Below, one piece after another: positions 55,056 through 62,741 of a stretch of DNA of 64,000 bases (its first letter is position 1; each line of letters begins with the position of its first letter). The stretch is taken from assembly GCA_902795355.1 (NCBI GenBank), contig CADBKZ010000009.1:352-64351 (forward strand). The letters are read 5' to 3'. The position numbers were made by a program, and so were the translations under genes. Source of the DNA: an uncultured Ruminococcus sp. (GTDB lineage: Bacteria > Bacillota > Clostridia > Oscillospirales > CAG-272). The notes beneath the pieces are model-generated. The model saw only the letters and a list, made by a program, of their open reading frames with translations. It did no database searches and was not told the DNA's origin.

Positions 55056-55133
55056 TGCCTTTTTCGGAATTTTGAAAAGAAAAAAGCGACTCGGAGAACT
55101 TACCCCCAAGACGCCTTTGCCTTTTTCGCTCCC

Positions 55134-55163
55134 CATTATACACCGCCGGAGCCGGTTTGTCAA
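55134..55163 (-). promoter_or_regulatory. Promoter of the glnN-amt-asnB transcription unit
   Basis: Minus strand: TTGACA, 17 nt, TATAAT. Confidence 0.6.
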
Positions 55164-55244
55164 GAGGTTTTTCAAAAAAAAACAAAAAATTTGCAAGCTT
55201 CGCAAATTGAACTTGCATTTTTTCGCTTTTTTTGAGAAAAAGTA

Positions 55245-55273
55245 TTGACAAAACGAAAAAACCGTGCTATAAT
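55245..55273 (+). promoter_or_regulatory. Promoter of the GOGAT-glnA-ANTAR transcription unit
   Basis: TTGACA, 17 nt, TATAAT. Confidence 0.6.
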
Positions 55274-55291
55274 GCTTGCAAATGAGCAAAG

Positions 55292-55343
55292 GCGTTCATG
55301 GCGGTCGGCGAAAGCTGTACCCCGATGAACGCTTTTTTGTTTT
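55292..55343 (+). terminator. Leader terminator upstream of the split GOGAT genes
   Basis: GCGTTCAT-(25 nt with an internal CGGC-GAAA-GCTG hairpin)-ATGAACGC followed by TTTTTTGTTTT. Lies between the promoter and ATG 55364. Confidence 0.65.
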
Positions 55344-55363
55344 GGAAAGGTTTGGTAACGGAA

Positions 55364-56458
55364 ATGTTGAAAGAAGGTCAAGTCAGGATCCCGTCGGGGT
55401 GCGCCATTGCCGCCGTAATTTCGCGGGACGGCAAACGGATGTCGGGCGAGCGGATCATAGAGGCCATGAAGCCGATGCACGACCGCTCCAACGGCCTCGG
55501 CGGCGGTTTTGCGGCTTACGGCATTTACCCCGCCTACCGCGATTTTTACGCGTTCCATTTCTTCTTTGACGGCCGCGCCACCCGAAAGGAGTGCGAGGCG
55601 TTTCTCAAAGAGCGGTTCGAGGTGGTGCACGCGGAGCTGATCCCAACGCGGAAAATTCCGTCCGTCACCGACGAGCCGGTTATCTGGCGGTATTTTGTTT
55701 CGCCCCTGCGCTCGGCGGTGGAATCCGAGCAGGTGGACGAACGGGAATTTGTGGTTCGCACCGTTATGAAGATCAATTCGGCGATCAACGGCGCCTATGT
55801 GTTTTCAAGCGGGAAGAACATGGGGACCTTCAAGGCGGTCGGCTTTCCCGAGGATGTGGGCGCGTTCTACCGGCTGGAAGAATATGAAGGCTATTGCTGG
55901 ACGGCGCACGGCAGATACCCGACCAACACCCCCGGGTGGTGGGGCGGCGCGCACCCGTTTACGCTGTTGGACGCGTCGGTCGTTCACAACGGGGAGATCT
56001 CTTCCTACGACGCGAACCGACGCTTTATTGAAATGTTCGGCTACCAATGCACCCTGCAAACCGACACCGAGGCGATTACCTACATGATGGACTATCTTCT
56101 CCGCCGCCAAGGGCTGACGCTGGGAGAGGCGGCAAGCGTGATCGCCGCGCCGTTCTGGGAGACCATTGAGCGAAAGACCGATTCGGACGACCGGCGGAAA
56201 CACCTCTGGCTGCGAACGGTTTTTCCGAGCCTTCTGGTCACGGGGCCGTTTTCCATCGTGTTTGCGTTTGACGGCGGGCTGATGGCGCTCAACGACCGCC
56301 TGAAACTCCGCTCCATGGTAATCGGGGAAAAGGGCGACCGCGTGTACATTGCGAGCGAGGAAGCCGCGATCCGCGCCATGGAGCCGGACGCGGAAAACAT
56401 CTGGTCGCCGGCGGGCGGCGAACCGGTGATCATTCGGGTAAAGGAAGGTGCGTATTGA
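55364..56458 (+). CDS. Class II glutamine amidotransferase, archaeal-type glutamate synthase domain 1
   Basis: Start MLKEGQVRIPSGCAIAAVIS, placed after the leader terminator. GATase_2-like motifs HGRYPTNTPG and HNGEISSY. Confidence 0.75.
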   Translation: MLKEGQVRIPSGCAIAAVISRDGKRMSGERIIEAMKPMHDRSNGLGGGFAAYGIYPAYRDFYAFHFFFDGRATRKECEAFLKERFEVVHAELIPTRKIPSVTDEPVIWRYFVSPLRSAVESEQVDEREFVVRTVMKINSAINGAYVFSSGKNMGTFKAVGFPEDVGAFYRLEEYEGYCWTAHGRYPTNTPGWWGGAHPFTLLDASVVHNGEISSYDANRRFIEMFGYQCTLQTDTEAITYMMDYLLRRQGLTLGEAASVIAAPFWETIERKTDSDDRRKHLWLRTVFPSLLVTGPFSIVFAFDGGLMALNDRLKLRSMVIGEKGDRVYIASEEAAIRAMEPDAENIWSPAGGEPVIIRVKEGAY

Positions 56459-57963
56459 TGGGAGTGGAATGGATTTATCCCGAATTTGAGGTTGTCCGCA
56501 ATGAATCCCGCTGCACGGCCTGCCGCGTTTGCGAGCGGCAATGCGCCAACGAGGTGCATCGCTACAACGCGGAGCGGGGGCGGATGATCTCCGATGAAAC
56601 GAAATGCGTGAACTGCCAGCGGTGCGTTTCCTTTTGCCCCGCGCGCGCTTTGAAGATTGTGAAGAGCGATTGCCTGCCGCGCGAAAACGCCAATTGGCGC
56701 GCGGACACGATCCATGAAATTTACAAGCAGGCGAACAGCGGCGGCGTTCTGCTCTCTTCCATGGGCAACCCCAACCCGCTGCCCGTGTATTGGGACCGGA
56801 TCCTGATTAACGCCTCGCAGGTCACAAACCCGCCCATTGACCCCCTGCGGGAACCCATGGAAACCAGAGTGTTCCTCGGGAAGAAGCCCGACCGCGTGGA
56901 GCGGGACGAGGCAGGGAAGATCCGCTGCGATCTTCCGCCGCAGATCGAGCTTTCCATGCCGGTAATGTTTTCGGCCATGAGCTACGGCTCCATCAGCTAT
57001 AACGCCCACGCCTCTCTGGCGCGCGCGGCCGCGGAACTCGGCATTTGCTACAACACCGGCGAGGGCGGGCTTCACGAGGACTTTTACCGGTACGGCGCAA
57101 ACACGGTGGTTCAGGTTGCGTCGGGGCGGTTCGGCGTCCACGAGGACTACCTGAACGCGGGCGTTGCCATTGAAATTAAAATGGGGCAGGGCGCAAAACC
57201 GGGAATCGGGGGGCATCTGCCGGGGGCAAAAATCGTGGGGGACGTCTCCCGCACGCGCATGATCCCCGAGGGATCCGACGCAATTTCCCCCGCGCCGCAC
57301 CACGATATTTATTCCATCGAAGATCTGCGCCAATTGGTTTATTCCATCAAAGAGGCCACGGGGTACCGAAAACCCGTAATCGTCAAGGTTGCGGCGGTGC
57401 ATAACATTGCCGCCATTGCCAGCGGCATTGCACGGAGCGGAGCGGACATCATCGCTATCGACGGTTTTCGCGGCGGCACCGGCGCGGCGCCCACACGGAT
57501 CCGCGACAACGTGGGCATTCCGATTGAGCTTGCGCTTGCCGCCGTGGATCAGCGACTGCGCGACGAGGGCATCCGCAACCGCGTTTCGCTGGTGGCGGGC
57601 GGAAGCATCCGTTCGGCGGCGGACGTGGTCAAAGCGATTGCGCTGGGCGCGGACGCCTGCTACATTGCAACCGCCGCCCTGCTTGCGCTCGGCTGCCATC
57701 TTTGCCGCACCTGCCAAAGCGGAAAATGCAATTGGGGCATCGCCACGCAACGCCCCGAGCTGGTCAAACGGCTCGATCCGGACGTCGGTTCCAAACGGCT
57801 CGTCAACCTGATGGCCGCATGGCGGCACGAGATCAAGGAGCTGATGGGCGGCATGGGGATCAACTCCGTGGAAGCCCTGCGGGGCAACCGCCTGATGCTG
57901 CGCGGCATCGGGCTGAACGAAAAGGAGCTGGAAATTCTCGGCATTGCGCACGCGGGAGAATGA
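56455..57963 (+). CDS. Glutamate synthase FMN-binding (central) domain protein with an N-terminal 2x[4Fe-4S] ferredoxin module
   Basis: CTACRVCERQC and CVNCQRCVSFCP clusters. GEGG...KMGQGAKPGIGGHLPG motif of the GltB FMN domain. Confidence 0.85.
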   Translation: MMGVEWIYPEFEVVRNESRCTACRVCERQCANEVHRYNAERGRMISDETKCVNCQRCVSFCPARALKIVKSDCLPRENANWRADTIHEIYKQANSGGVLLSSMGNPNPLPVYWDRILINASQVTNPPIDPLREPMETRVFLGKKPDRVERDEAGKIRCDLPPQIELSMPVMFSAMSYGSISYNAHASLARAAAELGICYNTGEGGLHEDFYRYGANTVVQVASGRFGVHEDYLNAGVAIEIKMGQGAKPGIGGHLPGAKIVGDVSRTRMIPEGSDAISPAPHHDIYSIEDLRQLVYSIKEATGYRKPVIVKVAAVHNIAAIASGIARSGADIIAIDGFRGGTGAAPTRIRDNVGIPIELALAAVDQRLRDEGIRNRVSLVAGGSIRSAADVVKAIALGADACYIATAALLALGCHLCRTCQSGKCNWGIATQRPELVKRLDPDVGSKRLVNLMAAWRHEIKELMGGMGINSVEALRGNRLMLRGIGLNEKELEILGIAHAGE

Positions 57964-58021
57964 ACGCTTTTTTCGGGATGTTCACAAAATACTGTTGAAT
58001 TTTGCTCGGGGGGAATGTATA

Positions 58022-58744
58022 ATGATAAAGATAGACGCAGGCGGCTCGGATTTTCGCGAACTGAATGAAAAAATTCGGGCGGCCGAGGGGGATTGCGAGG
58101 TCGTCGGTTGCCTCGGCCAACGCTTCATCGGCGCGGGAATGGCGGGAAAAACGATCCGCGTCCGCGGCATTTCGGGAAACGCGCTCGGCGCATATCTCAA
58201 CGGCGCGACGATCCTGACGGACGGCAACGCCCAAGACGCGGTGGGAGATACCATGAACGCGGGGAAAATCGTGATCCGCGGGGATGTGGGCGACGCGGCC
58301 GGCTATGCCATGCGCGGCGGGGCGATCTTTGTCAAGGGCAACGCCGGCTACCGCGCGGGAATCCACATGAAAGAATACAGGGAAAAGATCCCCGTTTTGG
58401 TGATCGGCGGCAGAACCGGAAGTTTCCTCGGGGAATATCAGGCGGGCGGCAGAATGATTGTTCTGGGGCTCCACGCGGACGGGAAACCCGTTGTCGGGAA
58501 TTTTCCCTGCATGGGAATGCACGGGGGAAAGCTCTATCTCCGTTCGGATTGCAAAGGCGTCGTTTTTCCGGAGCGCGTTCATACCCGCCCCGCGACCGCG
58601 GAAGATCTGAACGAAATTCAAGCCCCGCTGGAAGAGTTTGCGGAGCGGTTCGGCTATCGCTTTTCGGATCTGATCGGCGCGCCCTTTACCGTCGCCGTTC
58701 CCGATAGCAAAAACCCCTATAAACAGATGTATGTCGCCAACTGA
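58022..58744 (+). CDS. Glutamate synthase GXGXG-motif (alpha-subunit C-terminal) domain protein
   Basis: Start MIKIDAGG. Repeated GxxGxxxG beta-helix strings (GNALGAYLNGATILTDGNAQDAVGDTMNAGKIVIRGDVGDAAGYAMRGG). Confidence 0.8.
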   Translation: MIKIDAGGSDFRELNEKIRAAEGDCEVVGCLGQRFIGAGMAGKTIRVRGISGNALGAYLNGATILTDGNAQDAVGDTMNAGKIVIRGDVGDAAGYAMRGGAIFVKGNAGYRAGIHMKEYREKIPVLVIGGRTGSFLGEYQAGGRMIVLGLHADGKPVVGNFPCMGMHGGKLYLRSDCKGVVFPERVHTRPATAEDLNEIQAPLEEFAERFGYRFSDLIGAPFTVAVPDSKNPYKQMYVAN

Positions 58745-58762
58745 AAGAAAGGAGCGGAAACC

Positions 58763-59980
58763 ATGAACTATTCCGTGCAGGAAGTAATGCAGTATGTCAA
58801 CGAAGAGGACGTCAAATTCATCCGTCTTGCGTTCTGCGATGTGTTCGGAACCCAGAAGAACATTTCCATTATGCCGGGCGAGCTTCAGCGCGCGTTCGAG
58901 AAGGGAATCGCGTTCGACGCGTCCGCCGTGCGCGGGTTCGGGGACGAAACGAGGTCCGATCTTTTTCTCCGTCCCGACCCCGCAACGCTCTCGGTTCTTC
59001 CTTGGCGGCCCGAGCATGGGCGAGTGGTGCGGATGTTCTGCAACATTACCGACCCGAACGACCGCCCGTTTGCCTGCGACACGCGAAATATTCTCAAACA
59101 GGCGGTGGCGGCCGCGGAAGAGCAGGGCGTTTCGTTCTCGTTCGGTCCCGAAATGGAATTTTATCTGTTCCGGACGGACGACGCGGGAAACCGAACGAAC
59201 TTTCCCTACGACGAGGCGGGATACATGGATATTGCGCCCGAGGATCGGGGCGAGAACGTTCGCAGAGAGATCTGCCTGATGCTCGAGCAAATGGGGATCC
59301 AGCCGGAAAGCTCCCACCACGAGGAAGGCCCGGGGCAGAACGAGATCGATTTTCGCTATTCGGACCCCCTGACCGCGGCGGACAATACCATAACGTTTCT
59401 GACCGTTGTGAAAACCGTTGCGGGCAGAAACGGGCTTTATGCCGATTTTTCGCCGAAACCGCTGCGGGAACAATCGGGAAACGGATTTCATATCAACCTC
59501 TCCGCATGGCGCGGCGCGGGCGAGGACCTTCTTTCTCCGGTTCTCGCGGGCGTCCTCGAAAAAATTTCCGAAATAACGGCGTTTCTCAACCCCGCGGAAG
59601 AATCCTACCGGCGGTTCGGCGTCAACAAGGCGCCGAAGTATGTGTCGTGGTCGTGCGAAAACCGCTCGCAGCTCGTCCGCGTTCCCGCGGCGGTTTACGA
59701 CCGGAAACGCTTGGAGTTGCGTTCGCCGGACCCGCTTGCCAACCCGTATCTTGCCTTTGCGCTCACGATCCGCGCGGGGCTGTACGGCATTGAAAAGGGT
59801 CTGACGCCGCCGCCGCCCGCGGACATTAACTTTTTTAAGGCGGACGAAAAAACGTTGAGAGAATACCGGAAACTGCCGGAAACGATGAGCGAGGCGGTCG
59901 CGATTATGCGGGAAAGCGAATGGATCCGGACCATCCTGCCCCAAGCGGTAATCCGGCTGTACGCTGAAAAAGCGATTTAA
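58763..59980 (+). CDS. glnA: Glutamine synthetase family protein (short, 405 aa, GSI-like)
   Basis: VKFIRLAFCDVFGTQKNISI beta-grasp, FGPEMEFYLF, HHEEGPGQNEIDF, NGFHINLS. Confidence 0.8.
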   Translation: MNYSVQEVMQYVNEEDVKFIRLAFCDVFGTQKNISIMPGELQRAFEKGIAFDASAVRGFGDETRSDLFLRPDPATLSVLPWRPEHGRVVRMFCNITDPNDRPFACDTRNILKQAVAAAEEQGVSFSFGPEMEFYLFRTDDAGNRTNFPYDEAGYMDIAPEDRGENVRREICLMLEQMGIQPESSHHEEGPGQNEIDFRYSDPLTAADNTITFLTVVKTVAGRNGLYADFSPKPLREQSGNGFHINLSAWRGAGEDLLSPVLAGVLEKISEITAFLNPAEESYRRFGVNKAPKYVSWSCENRSQLVRVPAAVYDRKRLELRSPDPLANPYLAFALTIRAGLYGIEKGLTPPPPADINFFKADEKTLREYRKLPETMSEAVAIMRESEWIRTILPQAVIRLYAEKAI

Positions 59981-60054
59981 GGCAATCCCGCGCAAATCGC
60001 GGCATTGCTTTCACCAAGCCGCAAAAACGCACAGGAAAGGGGGAGAGAGAAGCC

Positions 60055-60639
60055 ATGGCGTTGGAAGAACGGGTTTACAGAACCCTGATCGTGTCGGTGT
60101 CCGAAACATTCAATTCCTCTTTCGGGGCAATGCTTTCCGCGTGGAATTTCTCCCCGCTGCGCTTTGTTGGCAGCGTTGGAGCGGCGCGGAGAGCGGTTTC
60201 GGAACAGCCGTATGATCTGATCATCATCAATTCGCCGTTGCCGGACGACGCTGGGATCCGTTTTGCGATTGACGAATCGGGAACCAAGCCCTCGGTGGTG
60301 CTGTTGGCGGTTCGGGCGGAGCAATACGAACCAACGTTCGAGAAGGTTTCCGAACACGGCGTTTATCTGCTCTCCAAACCGACCTCGCGGGGAATGGTGA
60401 CGAGCGCGATGGATTGGATGGTGACGACCTGCGAGCGGCTGAAACGGTTTGAGAGGAAGAACGTTTCCCTCGAGGAAAAAATGCAGGAGATCCGAACGGT
60501 CAATCGGGCGAAATGGATTCTGATCGACCGCTTGAAGATGTCCGAGGCCGACGCGCACCGCTATATTGAAAAGCAGGCGATGGACCGATGCGTTCCGAAG
60601 CAAGCGATTGCAGAGGAAATCATTCGCACCTACGCGTAA
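60055..60639 (+). CDS. ANTAR-domain RNA-binding antiterminator with an N-terminal receiver-like domain
   Basis: C-terminus IRTVNRAKWILIDRLKMSEADAHRYIEKQAMDRCVPKQAIAEEII matches the ANTAR helix pattern. N-terminus has a CheY-like fold (DLIIINSPLPDD). Confidence 0.85.
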   Translation: MALEERVYRTLIVSVSETFNSSFGAMLSAWNFSPLRFVGSVGAARRAVSEQPYDLIIINSPLPDDAGIRFAIDESGTKPSVVLLAVRAEQYEPTFEKVSEHGVYLLSKPTSRGMVTSAMDWMVTTCERLKRFERKNVSLEEKMQEIRTVNRAKWILIDRLKMSEADAHRYIEKQAMDRCVPKQAIAEEIIRTYA

Positions 60640-60680
60640 CCCCGTCCCCGCCGATCCGGCTTCGTTCGCGAAAACGCGCG

Positions 60681-60750
60681 TCCGGCGAGCGAAACAAATC
60701 GGCGAGCAAAACACATTCGGCGGGCAAAACAATTCGGCGAGCCGATTCTG
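60681..60750. repeat. About four tandem imperfect 17-18-bp direct repeats
   Basis: TCCGGCGAGCGAAACAAA / TCGGCGAGCAAAACACAT / TCGGCGGGCAAAACAAT / TCGGCGAGCCGATTCTG. Confidence 0.8.
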
Positions 60751-60833
60751 CTTCTTTATGAAAACGAATGTCCGGCGAACCGCTCCATACCGCGCCTGTG
60801 CCGCCGACAGCCGTTCTGCCGACATTCCAAAAC

Positions 60834-60863
60834 AAAAATACCACCCGCAGGGGTGGTATTTTT
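60834..60863. terminator. Bidirectional terminator hairpin
   Basis: AAAAATACCACCC-gcag-GGGTGGTATTTTT. Confidence 0.8.
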
Positions 60864-60999
60864 GTTGTTTGGCGCGGGTAAGAGGACTTGATGCCTCCAA
60901 CTTCGCCGCTTTGCGGCTCGTCAACACGCGCGGAAAGGGAGCGGAAAGCGAACCTCCGTTTGGCGCGTGTAAGTGAATATTCGCGATCTCGTGCCGACA

Positions 61000-61041
61000 C
61001 ATAGAAACGGGGGCTATCATTCGATAGCCCCCGTTTCTATG
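61000..61041. repeat. Perfect 19-bp inverted repeat overlapping the recombinase stop codon
   Basis: CATAGAAACGGGGGCTATC-attc-GATAGCCCCCGTTTCTATG. No U-tract on either strand. Confidence 0.9.
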
Positions 61042-62539
61042 GTGCCCCCGAAGGGGTCAAATCCGAACTTATGTTGCATTTTTTCGGTTTGCGGCTTTTG
61101 GATGCTTTCAGCATTTCTTCGCTGAATTCTACGCTGACGGCTCCCTCCCGGAAGTTCAGGTAGATATCAAAATGATCCTCGTAAAGATAAATCACATTCA
61201 CGAAATGATCCACCAACCGTTGCCGCTGTTCTTTATCCCGGATATCGTAGGTCTGAAAATGTTTCAGCCAAGTCACGAAAACCTCACGGCTGATCTGCGG
61301 TTTTGCCAACTCTTCCCGCGCGATCTGCTCCAATAGGTTTTTCTTTTGCTCTTCCAAAGACTCCAACCTTTGCTTGGTGGAAGGCGTGAAGATGCCGCTT
61401 TGAATTGCGTTGAGCATATTCTCAATGGCTTTTTCCGCCTCGGCAAGTTGCTTTTTCAGAACCGGGATGGCATCGCTTTCTTTGCTCAGCTCATCCATCA
61501 GCAAATCGGCAAGACGTTCGATCCAGTCGTTATCCATGACCAGTTTCTGAATCTGTTCCAGAACCAGATTTTCGATCCAGTCCTTACGAACGGTTTTCTT
61601 GTCGCAACCTTTATGGTACTTCACCGAAACGCATTTGTAATAGTGATGGACGTTCTTTTCGGTATGGCTCGTTCCGCTCTCACCAACCATGAAGCATTTG
61701 CACTTTCCGCACCGAAGTTTGGTGGTCAATATGTAATCATCCTCCGCCTTGTGTTGGGCGGGGGCTTTTTTCGTTCTTGCCATTCTTGCCTGAACCCGGT
61801 CAAATAACTCTTGACTGACAATGGCAGGGATGGCACCGGGAACGGAAATGTCCTTAAAAACATATTCGCCGAGGTAACGGCGGTTGTGAAGCATTCTGGT
61901 CGTAGAATTGATTGTCAAGGGCGTGTGCCGTGCCGTTCTGACACCGCTGTTATTCAGAAAGTTGGTGACAGTCAACATCGAGTCACCGTTTGCGTACCGC
62001 TCAAATGCCTGCACGATCAGCGGCGCAACCAGCGGATCGATCTGAAAGCGTTGGTCGCTGTCAATGGTATATCCCACGGGAAGCGTGCCGCCGTTATACT
62101 TGCCTTTCAAAGCGTTGTCGGTCATTCCGCGCGTTACTTTTTGGGCAAGTTCCGCGGAATAATACTCCGCATATCCTTCCAAGAGCGATTCCATCAGGAT
62201 TCCTTCAGGCGTATCCGAGATGGTTTCGGTTGCCGAAATCACCTTGACTTTATTCTTCTTTAAAATGTTTTTGTAATAGGCGGCATCGAAGCGGTTCCGA
62301 GCAAAGCGATCCAGTTTCCAAACGATGATGACGTCGAACATTCCCTTGGCACTATCCTTGACCATTCGCTGAAAATCCGGGCGGTTGTCGGTCTTGGCGG
62401 ACATAGCACGGTCAATATAGGTGCCGAGAATCTGGATCTCATTTTTGTTCGCGAATGCCTTGCAGTCCCGCAACTGACCTTCAATGGATTCCTCGCGCTG
62501 ATTGTCGGAAGAATAGCGGGCATAGATGACGCCTTGCAT
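61037..62539 (-). CDS. Large serine recombinase (resolvase/invertase N-domain, recombinase domain, zinc ribbon, coiled coil)
   Basis: MQGVIYARYSSDNQREESIEGQ (catalytic Ser region), VWKLDRFARN, CGKCKCFMVG...YYKC zinc ribbon. 500 aa. Confidence 0.92.
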   Translation of the reverse strand: MQGVIYARYSSDNQREESIEGQLRDCKAFANKNEIQILGTYIDRAMSAKTDNRPDFQRMVKDSAKGMFDVIIVWKLDRFARNRFDAAYYKNILKKNKVKVISATETISDTPEGILMESLLEGYAEYYSAELAQKVTRGMTDNALKGKYNGGTLPVGYTIDSDQRFQIDPLVAPLIVQAFERYANGDSMLTVTNFLNNSGVRTARHTPLTINSTTRMLHNRRYLGEYVFKDISVPGAIPAIVSQELFDRVQARMARTKKAPAQHKAEDDYILTTKLRCGKCKCFMVGESGTSHTEKNVHHYYKCVSVKYHKGCDKKTVRKDWIENLVLEQIQKLVMDNDWIERLADLLMDELSKESDAIPVLKKQLAEAEKAIENMLNAIQSGIFTPSTKQRLESLEEQKKNLLEQIAREELAKPQISREVFVTWLKHFQTYDIRDKEQRQRLVDHFVNVIYLYEDHFDIYLNFREGAVSVEFSEEMLKASKSRKPKKCNISSDLTPSGAP

Positions 62540-62741
62540 TATATCAGCTCCTTTTTATTTGACTGATACCATTTTACCATATTATCTTGTATTTGTCAAC
62601 TAAAAATCCAAATATCTTATATAATATTAGGCAAAAAATCTGAGATAACATTATTCAGAAAAACTGTTTGCAAGGAAACTATTGAAAGATCAATAAGAAT
62701 GTGGTATAATAAATTATCTTTTGAAAAAGGATACAACTATT

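Noticed and set aside
50977-55075. 695-aa and 574-aa ORFs on the plus strand
   Set aside because: They are antisense shadows of asnB, amt-PII and glnN, with low-complexity Arg/Gly/His composition.
56092-59995. 619-aa and 711-aa ORFs on the minus strand
   Set aside because: They are antisense to the GOGAT and GS genes, which have clear catalytic motifs. The translations are Arg/Pro/Gly-rich with no recognisable domain.
59981-60054. Hairpin GCAATCCCGCG-caaat-CGCGGCATTGC between glnA and the ANTAR gene as a terminator
   Set aside because: It is not followed by a U-tract. It may modulate readthrough or processing, but it cannot be called a terminator from sequence alone.
60566-61000. ORFs of 136 aa (+) and 126 aa (-) spanning the repeat-containing gap
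   Set aside because: They run through tandem repeats and a terminator hairpin. No RBS, and the composition is not protein-like.
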